Part shown: positions 1 to 8,310 of the stretch, piece after piece
How positions within the stretch are numbered: position 1 is the stretch's first letter
How the letters are laid out: each line of letters begins with the position of its first letter
Origin: Gemmatimonadaceae bacterium
GTDB taxonomy: Bacteria > Gemmatimonadota > Gemmatimonadetes > Gemmatimonadales > Gemmatimonadaceae
DNA: 64,000 bases
Assembly (NCBI GenBank): GCA_036278895.1
Contig: DASUKE010000035.1
Span: 15,433 to 79,432, forward strand
Direction of reading: 5' to 3'
The notes under the pieces: generated by a model
The model's input: the letters and a program-made list of their open reading frames with translations, nothing else
Told to the model about the DNA's origin: nothing
Databases searched by the model: none
Made by a program: the position numbers and the translations under genes

Positions 1-3000
1 TGGCATCTACGACGCAGGCGGTTAGATGAGTATGAACGGATGCTATGACGAGGGCACGAGTCACAATTCCGGGACAGGCCTGCACGATTTCGCGGAGCGC
101 CGTGACCGCACGCGAAGCGGTTGGCGTACCGGCGATAGTGTGCAGTGCAGCAAGGTGCACCAGTTCAGGGAGGCGGATCGCGGGGAATGCCGAGAGCAGA
201 CGACCGGGGGCGCGGAGCGCTTCGAATCCTCGAGCGAGATCCGGCCGGAGTTCGTCGAGTGATTCACCGAGCTCGCGGTGCGCCGCGCACCAGTCTTCCG
301 CCGAAAATACTTCCCTTTGGTCGGCGAGGAGCCACTCGAACTGCACGGCTGCCTGGGAATCCAGGTCGAGCGGGCGTCTGGGCACGAGGCCGGAGGCCCT
401 TAGCAGCGCCTCCAGAGTCTCAACCGGCATTTGAATGAATCGCTGCAGTTGCGGCATCCGACCGCGCATTGATGGTATGATCTCCCGCTGCAGCGCCTCC
501 TCCAGAGTCGCCCCCAGCCCAGCTTCGGAACGCACCCGCACGTGTTTCTCGCCAGCGTGTCGGAGGTCAAGCGCTGCGGCGATTGGAGGGCAAAGCTCCC
601 ACAGCTTGTCCGTATCGCGCGGTGGTGCAAGCACCGCTGGCGAGTGCGGCAGGCGAGCAAGGACATCGAGAACGGCAGCTAGCAGCGGTGCAGCGTGCAC
701 GATGTCCCAGCCACCAGCTGCCTCTTCGATTCCGGCTACGAGAGCGTCTTGATCGCTTGTGATCAGGGTTGCGATGGCTTGGAGAATCGCTGGTGCCGCC
801 GTCCCACCCCCTTGCTCACGCGTGACCCATAGCGCGTCGAGCGCTGCAGAAGTGACCCGCTCCACTTCGTACGGCAAGAGAGTGCGTGTAACGTGACCAT
901 GCGCGAGAGCGACCGCGAGTACTGCGAATGCGTCCGCATCACCAAGGCGCGCTATCCACTCGCGTTCTTCTCTCTCAGTGCCGAGCCTGAACTGCCGCGT
1001 CGCTCCGTCGCTAAAGCGTGGACGTCGGACCGCGGTCCAGCCGTCATCCATTCCGATTTCCGCGAGGTAGCAGCCAGGCGGGAGGTCGGAATCGCTCGCG
1101 GCAATCGTAGCTTCACACTGCACGGTGTCGGCGACCGGCGTGATGATGGGCGATGCCCAAGGAGTTGTCAGCGGCCAGAGGCGCGCCACGCGATGACGCA
1201 GTGGCCGTGCCTCTCGCCAGGTCAGCAACACCGTTGCCTGCCCGGGAATTATGCGCTGGTGCACAACGAGGTCCGCAACATCGAGCTCGGCTCGGATGGT
1301 ACCGACTGGCACGGCGAAGCCGTTGACTGACAGCACGAGGGAAAGGATTGGCTCGGCGGACGTCGCGATGCTCCCGCTGTAACGGCGGAGGTCGAAGGCC
1401 CAACGGCCGTCTACACCGGCAGTGCTGGCCTCCAGTACCTGCATGACGCGATCATCATGACGCAGCTCCAAACGGAGCGGGACATGCGGCTGCCGTACCC
1501 GCACGGCGAGCAGCGCCACGCGGTCCTCGAGCAGATCGCGCGAGGATAGGCGTAGCGGTTCTTGGCAGAGATCTGATCGCCCGCTGCCCTCAGAGGCGAA
1601 GGCCCACTGTAGAGCTGGCACGGTGATATGGAGCTCGGCGACACTGCCGCGCTCGTCACGCACCGAAGCCGTTACCACATCTTCCCCACCGTGGACGTCG
1701 ACGTGCTGGATAGCACCAGTTGGCTCGCGTAGGGAAACGCGAGCGACCACTCGTCCCGCATCGCGCGCCGGCAGCAACACGTTACGGGGGCGAGCCACAG
1801 TGAGTCCAGGCACCACGCAGAACGCCGTGCGCAGGTCCATTCCGAGTGGGCCGCGTGCAGTCAATTGGACGCGTGTGATTCGACCGATCGGAACGACGGA
1901 GCGAATGACATCTGCACCTATCCGCGACAGCGCGTCAGCGTCGAATACATGCTCGATGCCATTGATGGCAATGCGGACGAACCAGGTGGTGGAAGTTGAA
2001 GCTCTCGCAGATTCTGATCCCAGTCCGAAGCCCGGTAGGATCAGCGTTGGAGCTGCCGCGAAGATTGGCATCCCATCGGGTGTACGCACACCGTCCACCG
2101 GCTCCCCGGCAAGAGATATCCGCTCACCTCGTACTCGTACCCAGAACGATGTTCCCGCACCATCCGCCTGGCCTGACGCTGCAGTCGACCGTCCGAGACT
2201 CAGTCGCTCACCGTCCGGCAGCTCGTACGCCTCTAGTATGTAACCATCCCACGCGCCTGCTGGGCGCGGCGCCGACTCAAACGGTGTGAGCGGGACACCG
2301 CTTGCGTGCCGCAGCTCGCCATTCTCTCCCTCGCGGCGAAGAACCCAAACGCGCGTCGACCGCAGACGCGACAGCTCCGTAACGAGGCGCCCGTCGTCAT
2401 AGTCGAAGAAGATTATGCCGCCGCGGGCGAGCCCCGGGAAGGTGAACGTACGCACAGCACCACCCGATTCCTCTCGCAACTCCACACCCCAGTGGAGCGC
2501 CGGCTCGAGCGGAACGACACGCTCTGAACGCGAAACCTGATGCCGCGCTGCGCGTTCCTGCGAAACAACATCCCACGTACAGTGCAGGCTGTTGGCCACC
2601 GCAGGTAGTACCAACGTCGGACCACTCGCGTCCCACGGATCGACGAAAATGAACGGCCGCGGTAGCGCGGTAGCCTGCCCTAGTCGTCCATCCGCGCTGC
2701 GCGAACGACGTTCAGCTGGATCCAGCTGGAGGTACGCATCGCAAACGTACGCGGGGAGCCCGAAACGGTCGTGCGGGAGCTCCTGTGTAGCCGTGGGGCG
2801 TGTGCGGATCAGGTCGACGCACCGATCCAGGAAGTCCACGCTGATGTCTCCGCCGTAGAGCAGAAACCGCTCGACCGGCTTATCGATGTTCACAAATACG
2901 GATAGGTGCTCTCTCCAGTACGCCAGCATCTCCGCGGCATCCATTGCGCCATGTCGGTCAGCGTGCAGCACGATGGTGAAGAAGTCGTGCAGGCTATAAC

Positions 3001-3391
3001 GCGGAATCCCGCCATGAGCGAGGATGGGCGTCAGGTAGCGCTGTGCACCGGCGTCGACAAGCGCGCGGAACCGCTCTAGGTTCCGGTGGGTTGCGAGCGC
3101 GTGCTCAAAGATATGGGTCAGAATAGCGCGCTCGAGGCCAGGCACGCTCAGGTTTGGCCAGTACGCACCCTGCGCGAAGTTAAAGATCCCCTCTGCTACG
3201 AGGTACGTCGCCACTAATGGCGCGTACCTCCGAAGTCGGTCCTCGTCCCTCGCTACGCCTCGCTCTTCGAGAACCTGCACCGCCGCCGTCAGGCGTGCAT
3301 GGAGATCCTCATCGAGGTCGAGCTCACAAACCAGAGCACAGCCGTGTAACCGGTGGGACAGCTCCAGATTCAGCTTGTCGGGGTCTTCCAT
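1..3391 (-). CDS. Large hypothetical protein, N-terminal >=1130 codons; the 3' end runs off the left window edge
   Basis: The minus frame with codon first bases at 3391-3k has no entry in the ORF track. Every other frame in 1..3400 is broken into pieces of <=206 aa. Hand translation from ATG 3391-3389 (MEDPDKLNLELSHRLHGCALVCELDLDEDLH...YLTPILAHGGIPRYSLHDFF...) stays open to position 1, so the ORF was omitted only because its stop lies outside the window. The in-frame upstream stop is at 3482-3484, and an alternative GTG start is at 3445. I recognised no Walker, helicase or nuclease motif. Confidence 0.7.
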   Translation of the reverse strand, partial: MEDPDKLNLELSHRLHGCALVCELDLDEDLHARLTAAVQVLEERGVARDEDRLRRYAPLVATYLVAEGIFNFAQGAYWPNLSVPGLERAILTHIFEHALATHRNLERFRALVDAGAQRYLTPILAHGGIPRYSLHDFFTIVLHADRHGAMDAAEMLAYWREHLSVFVNIDKPVERFLLYGGDISVDFLDRCVDLIRTRPTATQELPHDRFGLPAYVCDAYLQLDPAERRSRSADGRLGQATALPRPFIFVDPWDASGPTLVLPAVANSLHCTWDVVSQERAARHQVSRSERVVPLEPALHWGVELREESGGAVRTFTFPGLARGGIIFFDYDDGRLVTELSRLRSTRVWVLRREGENGELRHASGVPLTPFESAPRPAGAWDGYILEAYELPDGERLSLGRSTAASGQADGAGTSFWVRVRGERISLAGEPVDGVRTPDGMPIFAAAPTLILPGFGLGSESARASTSTTWFVRIAINGIEHVFDADALSRIGADVIRSVVPIGRITRVQLTARGPLGMDLRTAFCVVPGLTVARPRNVLLPARDAGRVVARVSLREPTGAIQHVDVHGGEDVVTASVRDERGSVAELHITVPALQWAFASEGSGRSDLCQEPLRLSSRDLLEDRVALLAVRVRQPHVPLRLELRHDDRVMQVLEASTAGVDGRWAFDLRRYSGSIATSAEPILSLVLSVNGFAVPVGTIRAELDVADLVVHQRIIPGQATVLLTWREARPLRHRVARLWPLTTPWASPIITPVADTVQCEATIAASDSDLPPGCYLAEIGMDDGWTAVRRPRFSDGATRQFRLGTEREEREWIARLGDADAFAVLAVALAHGHVTRTLLPYEVERVTSAALDALWVTREQGGGTAAPAILQAIATLITSDQDALVAGIEEAAGGWDIVHAAPLLAAVLDVLARLPHSPAVLAPPRDTDKLWELCPPIAAALDLRHAGEKHVRVRSEAGLGATLEEALQREIIPSMRGRMPQLQRFIQMPVETLEALLRASGLVPRRPLDLDSQAAVQFEWLLADQREVFSAEDWCAAHRELGESLDELRPDLARGFEALRAPGRLLSAFPAIRLPELVHLAALHTIAGTPTASRAVTALREIVQACPGIVTRALVIASVHTHLTACVVDA

Positions 3392-3511
3392 CTCCCTCTC
3401 GCTAGATCTTAGCGGTATCTGTTGGTTCTCTAAATTCCGAGCCACCGTTTCTCTGGAGTCGGTCGCCCTGGATGAGTGCGGTTAACTGGTCTTCGCGCGG
3501 TTCTCACGATG

Positions 3512-3859
3512 CTACCTGAGAGAGTGAAACGAGATGAAGGACTTCAAAACGGTATCGAGCGCGTGTGGAGTCCGATTCATACCGAGCTTGAAGAAATCCA
3601 GCACTGATATGACGCCGAGCGTGATGGGGACGGGGAACACGAGTTCGGCATCCGAATCGAGACTCTCGACAATCCTGGTTGGAGTGCCGAGTTTGATTTG
3701 GAGCCTACGCCCCGCGATGGGCCAGAGTTCCCGCCGGCGAAGGACATGACAGCAGGACGAGAATGGCTGTTCTGCGAAGTGTTCGAAGGCAAGTTTCGCG
3801 GGAGAGGGGGCTCGCCTATGCTCGGCCGCATCCCGCGCACATTTCTCGACTTGGCGCAC
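3512..3859 (-). CDS. Hypothetical protein (115 aa), weak call
   Basis: Track ORF, co-oriented with the giant ORF and ending 120 nt upstream of its start. It lies in a lower-GC patch, has only moderate third-position GC and no motif. Competing overlapping ORFs are 3577..4008(-) and 3534..3749(+). Confidence 0.3.
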   Translation of the reverse strand: MRQVEKCARDAAEHRRAPSPAKLAFEHFAEQPFSSCCHVLRRRELWPIAGRRLQIKLGTPTRIVESLDSDAELVFPVPITLGVISVLDFFKLGMNRTPHALDTVLKSFISFHSLR

Positions 3860-4006
3860 GAGAAGTCGGACGGCATCGGTCGGCCTACCGGCTGAGGATT
3901 ACTTGAATGTGACGGACGGCTGTTGATTTGCGTCACAGCCGCTGCTGTTCCCAATTGTGCTCGCTCGCGTATCGGCTCGGGCGTCAGTCGCAACCCCAAT
4001 GGCAGC

Positions 4007-4366
4007 ATGGATGGCCGCTACGGTGCCCTCATGGCTGTGAGGAGTTCCCTCGAAACAGACGTCATCCAGCGGTTGCGTCATGATGCCCACGCAACGCTCG
4101 GCCGCGACTACGCCGCCCTTATCCTGGCCGCGGCCGCCAATGCCCGCGCCTTCATGGATGACGCGGAGCAATACGTCGCCAAGGTGGTCGAGGACGTGCA
4201 GCAGCGCTTCCACGACGAGTTCGTGGATACGACGTGGCCACGCTGCCCGCGCCATCGGCAGCATCCCCTGTGGTACCATGGCGGCGTCTGGGTCTGTCAG
4301 CAGGACGGGATTGCTGTGGCCCGCCTCGGCGAGCTCCCGGGCTCGGGGACGGAGCCGACGGAATGA
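4007..4366 (+). CDS. Hypothetical small Cys/His-containing protein (119 aa)
   Basis: ATG 4007 is in frame with track ORF 3923..4366. Third-position GC bias is strong in this frame, unlike antisense ORF 3899..4279. The tail reads WPRCPRHRQHPLWYHGGVWVCQQDG. Confidence 0.55.
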   Translation: MDGRYGALMAVRSSLETDVIQRLRHDAHATLGRDYAALILAAAANARAFMDDAEQYVAKVVEDVQQRFHDEFVDTTWPRCPRHRQHPLWYHGGVWVCQQDGIAVARLGELPGSGTEPTE

Positions 4367-4918
4367 TCGTGCGATCGCGCCGCCTCACGGCCTCGCCGGC
4401 TATTGGATCGTTGAACCTGATGAGCGGGGATATGGACTACAGCGGCTTCGCCGACGCAGGTTGTACTGTTGGCTCCCGCGTGAACGCTGCGCGATGCAGA
4501 TATGAGGTTTCGAGCTCTCGTGAGCAGGAGGTTTCCGGGCGTCCGTACTCGGAGCCCGGGATTCCTCTCCAGTCTTGAAGAGCCCAACCGTATTTCATAT
4601 ATTCTCTTCCGGCGCGGTGATTTCCCGACTTGACGGGCCGCGCCTCCGGAATACCCGGCAATCTCCGTCTAAGTCGTTCGGCCACGGCCAGCGACTTGTA
4701 GTTCGCCGGCCGTTCTGCATCATGGGTGTCGCACCCACGTAGCAGCTTTGACAATCGAAGCACCCAGGCCGCCTCCGTCTCGGCGGCCGGCATGAAGAGG
4801 ACGGCGAGAGCACCGGCTCCGCGACCCGTCCGCCATACCGTAGCCCTGTCTCCTAACCCGGGAGACGCACGGTGGCCCAGCCGGCCGGTTTCCATCGGGA
4901 AACCGGATCCATGCGCGA

Positions 4919-5269
4919 GTGAGACGGCACGTCTTCCGAAAGGGCATCATCATGACTGCATCAACTGCACTCCAATCGCTCGTGCCACCCTCGGCTGAAG
5001 TCCGCGCCGAGGCGCGCGCGCGCGCCCGACATCTCGTGCACCGCCTCTTCCCTCTCACTCCGGCGCGTCGGGTCGTGTTCAACGACCTCCATCGGGCGCT
5101 CGCCAACCACTGGCAGGCCGAGCATCGCGCTTACCGGATTGGGCAGACCGGGCCCGTCAATGTCACTTGCTTCGTAGCCGAAGGCACCACCGACGAATTC
5201 GTCATGAAGGCGCTGGCGGAGGGAAGAGATCTGCCGGCTGGCTACGAGAAGGTGGAGGTGGCGCGATGA
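4919..5269 (+). pseudogene. SNF2/Rad54-family helicase C-terminal remnant (motif V-VI block only)
   Basis: The track ORF reads ...RVVFNDLHRALANHWQAEHRAYRIGQTGPVNVTCFVAEGTTDEFVMKAL. This matches the SNF2 block ..DL.WNPA...QA.DRAHRIGQ...V.V..L...T.EE.. The conserved Asp of QAxDR is replaced by His and WNP is lost. I could read no helicase motifs I-IV upstream in any frame. Confidence 0.6.
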
Positions 5270-5793
5270 GTGGCGGCGGCGGGGGCACCGGCCCAGGAGA
5301 CTGGCAGTTCGCCAGGTACGGGTCACCGGGATGCGCGCGCCTGCTGCGCGCGATGCACGACAGAAGGCACGAACTGCTTGAATACTATCCGGGAGTGCCA
5401 GTTCCGGCGGCGCACAGGACTCCGGTGGCAGCGCTGCTTCTCGTATGGCAGCGGTGGAGTTATGCGAGTGGTACGTGTCCGATGTGCGGAGGGCTGGCTC
5501 TTGCGACGAGCTTCGGTGGGTTGCTCAGCACGGGTTCCGTGAGCGGAGCGTGTACGCGGTGTGGTGCGGTGGTCACGAGGTGGATCGGCGGGCTTGTGAG
5601 GGTGATTGCCGGGTGCAGGGCAGCGTGCGAGGGTACGCGGTATCGGATCCCGTTCGGGACCTTTCCGGGAGGGTGGAGCATGAGTGGAGAGCCGAAAGAG
5701 CTGCTCGCGGTGCTGGGGGAGTTGGGGGAAGGGTCGCTGCCAAACGCACGTGATGCTGCGTACGGGACGAATGGAAGCGGATCTCGAGACTGA
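5266..5793 (+). CDS. Hypothetical Gly/Cys-rich protein with zinc-ribbon-like CPMCG...CTRCG pair (175 aa)
   Basis: ATG 5266 overlaps the stop of the SNF2 remnant (ATGA at 5266-5269). It is in frame with track ORF 5167..5793. No family recognised. Confidence 0.45.
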   Translation: MSGGGGGTGPGDWQFARYGSPGCARLLRAMHDRRHELLEYYPGVPVPAAHRTPVAALLLVWQRWSYASGTCPMCGGLALATSFGGLLSTGSVSGACTRCGAVVTRWIGGLVRVIAGCRAACEGTRYRIPFGTFPGGWSMSGEPKELLAVLGELGEGSLPNARDAAYGTNGSGSRD

Positions 5794-6051
5794 TGAGTTG
5801 TCACCGCTGTCAGCGCCCGGCCGGGTGCTCGGCTCCCTCATCGCGCTCTTCGCGCGTTACACTGCGGGCGTACGCCGCATAACGTTCGATACTGCCTCAC
5901 CCGCTTCACCCAAACTAGTAGCGACAGAGCGAGCTGGGTTGTCCGCAGCCGACGGCGCGTGCAGAATAGGCTGCGGAACCACGCAGTGATGCGCGCGTCC
6001 CCGCAGCATAAGCCGGTCGCATAATTACATGGTTAGATCGACTAACTCGCA

Positions 6052-6330
6052 TTGTTGGGGGATCACGTGCCAATCTTCCACGATCCAATAGATCCAGCAG
6101 ATAACGAAGCCTTCCTTGCTTGGATCGGAGCCAATCCTCAAGGCTTCTATCTCAACCAAAGGAAATCAGCCGAAGCGATGTTGCATCGAGGTATGTGCTT
6201 TCACATTGAGTTCGATATTGCGGTTCGGGTCACAGCCGCCAGGAAAATTGCGGGCACTAATAAGGATCAGCTTGAGCGGTGGGCATCCAACGAACACATC
6301 GTCGTCACCTACTGTTCGGATTGCCTCTAG
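6052..6330 (+). CDS. Hypothetical protein (about 90 aa) in a low-GC patch
   Basis: Track ORF with a TTG start at 6052 or a GTG at 6067. The peptide looks protein-like (VPIFHDPIDPADNEAFLAWIGANPQGFYLN...LHRGMCFHIEF...). Third-position GC is only about half, unlike the rest of the window, which suggests foreign origin. Confidence 0.5.
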   Translation: MLGDHVPIFHDPIDPADNEAFLAWIGANPQGFYLNQRKSAEAMLHRGMCFHIEFDIAVRVTAARKIAGTNKDQLERWASNEHIVVTYCSDCL

Positions 6331-6730
6331 CTCATCGCGCCTGAACAGCCGGGATGATGCGTAACACAACTGTCCGCCAACATAGGGAACACTTCGCCAA
6401 GTGCCGTCAGAGCTCTCGCCAATAGGTGTGTAAAGGCGCGTCAGGCGGGGAGCTGCTCGCCGGCGCGTGTGACGGCGTGAGCAGAGTTGCGCACGCCATC
6501 GGTGTAGTTGGTACCGGCGTAAACTTCGGAACCTTCAGTCTCTTTCCGCCGGACAATCCCGGCACGTTCATCATCGCCACGCAGAGCAAGCTGCGCGGCG
6601 GCGGTGCCATTGTGCTCTCACTGCAGCGACCTGAGGTGGTGGCGCCGTCAGATACCGTGAGAATCATCCTGCGCCCGATCGAATTCGTGAATCGATAGCG
6701 CGACGCCAAGGTTCGACACTGGCCCCTCAC

Positions 6731-6756
6731 GTCCGGCGGTCACGCGACCGCCGGAC
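6731..6756 (-). terminator. GC-rich hairpin downstream of the Lys/Glu-repeat gene (putative operon terminator)
   Basis: Perfect 11-bp stem GTCCGGCGGTC / GACCGCCGGAC with a 4-nt loop, 20 nt after the stop at 6776. There is no clear U-run, so intrinsic termination is not proven. Confidence 0.45.
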
Positions 6757-6775
6757 GCCTTCGCTCGCTTCTCCC

Positions 6776-7276
6776 CTACCCCTTCCGCCGCATTTCCTCC
6801 ACCTGATTGGCGAGATGGCTCACCTGCTGGGCCAGACCGGCAACGGCCTGAATCACCTGGTCGATTCTCGGATCGGGTCCCTGTGGGAATCGCGGGCCGA
6901 TTAAGCCGTCGCTCTCGAGCTTCTCGAGTTTCTCCAGCTTGAACTCCTTGTGCTCGTGCTTCTCGTTCTTCTCGAGCTTTTCATTCTTCTCGGCCTTCTC
7001 CGGCTTCTCCGGCTTCTCGACCTTCTCGATCTTGATTTCCTTGGCCCAGTCCTTGGCGACTTCAGGGAAGTCCTTGTCAAAGAAATCCTTCAGGGAAGTC
7101 TTCCCCACTTCGAATGGCGACTTCTGGCTCATGTATCCGAGTATCGCCGACAGCTCGCGCACGCGCAGCTCGCTGATCGGCGTATCGAGGCTGATCCGCA
7201 CTTCCGGACGGTCTTCCTGCGCAACGAAGGGTTCCCGGGACCCCTCCTTCCTCGAGCCTTGATCGGATTTTGGCAT
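6776..7276 (-). CDS. 166-aa Lys/Glu-repeat protein; candidate substrate or precursor of the adjacent ATP-grasp enzymes
   Basis: Track ORF with ATG 7276 preceded by AAGAGG (5-nt spacer). It lies 71 nt downstream of the ATP-grasp stop. Residues 75-121 (KDWAKEIKIEKVEKPEKPEKAEKNEKLEKNEKHEHKEFKLEKLEKLE) hold 15 K and 14 E, including eight consecutive EKx triplets. GAG/AAG codon use is consistent with coding. Confidence 0.8.
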   Translation of the reverse strand: MPKSDQGSRKEGSREPFVAQEDRPEVRISLDTPISELRVRELSAILGYMSQKSPFEVGKTSLKDFFDKDFPEVAKDWAKEIKIEKVEKPEKPEKAEKNEKLEKNEKHEHKEFKLEKLEKLESDGLIGPRFPQGPDPRIDQVIQAVAGLAQQVSHLANQVEEMRRKG

Positions 7277-7347
7277 CGTGACCTCTTCTTGTCCGTGCGT
7301 TGATGATCATGAGCTGCATGGCCTGCGTACCAACCATTCCCGCGAGT

Positions 7348-8310
7348 TCATCTCATAGGCGTCGCTCCTTCGAACTGGTGACGCGGCGCTCCGTCGCGAA
7401 GCAGATCGGCGAGCGCCGCACTAATCGGCTGATGGGTGAATCGCTCGTAATACAGGAAGCCCGGACAGGGATTGACCTCGAAACAGTAGATGTCGCCATC
7501 GGGCGTCTGCTTGAGGTCGATGCCCGCGAGCAGCAGGTCCATCTCGCGGGCGAGGGCCAGGCACGATTCGGCGACGGCGGCTGGCAACACAGCCGGCTCC
7601 ATCTCGACGTGCCCGCCCTCGCGGCTGGCGTACCGGTAGTCCACCGTCTCCGAGAGAATGCGCGTGGCGAAGAGCCGGTCGCCCACCGTGTGCACGCGCA
7701 CGTTGTCGCCCGGTATGAATGCCTGGAACTGCGCGGGGCTGTGATGCAGCAGCGCGAGCCGCTCGAACTGCTCGGGACCAACGCGTCTGACGATCGATCG
7801 CACGCCGCTCAGCGACTTGTAGATGATCTCGCCGCCGAATTCGTCGTGGAAACGACGCGCGGCATCGGGGTCATTGGTGACGAGTGTGGGCGGGGTCAGC
7901 AGGCCGCAGCGGCGCACGACCAGCGCCTGGTACACCTTGCTGTTGTTGGACATACCGCCGCCAACGCGATTGACCACCGCACAGGGCAGATCTTCGAGCA
8001 GCGCGAGCAGACCGGAATCGGATTCGAAACGCACTGCCGTGGCGTCGTCAGACACGAGATCTGCCAGCGGGAGACGGCCCTCCTCGCCGAGGAGCCGTAC
8101 GTACACGCCGGTTATTTCGTCCAGATCGATCTTCCAGTCCGGCCCGGCGATGTAGCCGGCGGGGCTCGAATCCTCCCAGTGCCACTTCACCCGATATCCG
8201 GCGGGGTAGCTCGCGAGATCGAGTAGACGATAGGGATATCCGCTCTCGGTCAACCGGGCGCACACCAGCTCGGTCACGCTATCCGCGAGGCCCCCGCACA
8301 CGAGAATCAT
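7348..8310 (-). CDS. ATP-grasp enzyme, MvdD/MdnC-like (RiPP-maturase-type), 320 aa
   Basis: The true start ATG 8310 (MILVCGGLADS...) overlaps the upstream stop as ATGA; the track ORF 7348..8922 is over-extended. Motifs: LVTNDPDAARRF, GEIIYKSLSG, FIPGDNVRVHTVGDRLF, VDYRY, GIDLKQTPDGDIYCFEVNPCPGF, HQPISAALADLL. Confidence 0.85.
   Translation of the reverse strand: MILVCGGLADSVTELVCARLTESGYPYRLLDLASYPAGYRVKWHWEDSSPAGYIAGPDWKIDLDEITGVYVRLLGEEGRLPLADLVSDDATAVRFESDSGLLALLEDLPCAVVNRVGGGMSNNSKVYQALVVRRCGLLTPPTLVTNDPDAARRFHDEFGGEIIYKSLSGVRSIVRRVGPEQFERLALLHHSPAQFQAFIPGDNVRVHTVGDRLFATRILSETVDYRYASREGGHVEMEPAVLPAAVAESCLALAREMDLLLAGIDLKQTPDGDIYCFEVNPCPGFLYYERFTHQPISAALADLLRDGAPRHQFEGATPMR

Noticed and set aside
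4659-4769. Possible IS5-family transposase C-terminal remnant on the minus strand. ..LRLSKLLRGCDTHDAERPANYKSLAVAERL.. is compared with the recalled consensus ..RLKQFRRVATRYDKTARNFLAAVHLA...
   Set aside because: Only a handful of identities over about 35 residues. There is no DDE motif, no terminal inverted repeats, and the comparison is from memory only. That is too weak to annotate, though it would fit the decayed-island picture if a profile search confirmed it.
6407-6730. Mutually antisense ORFs 6426..6698 (+, 90 aa) and 6407..6730 (-, 107 aa) downstream of the ATP-grasp operon, considered as extra precursor or partner genes.
   Set aside because: Both frames have similar third-position GC. 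Neither has a motif, an SD or a Lys/Glu or Thr/Asp-rich core, and I cannot decide between them. I left them unannotated.
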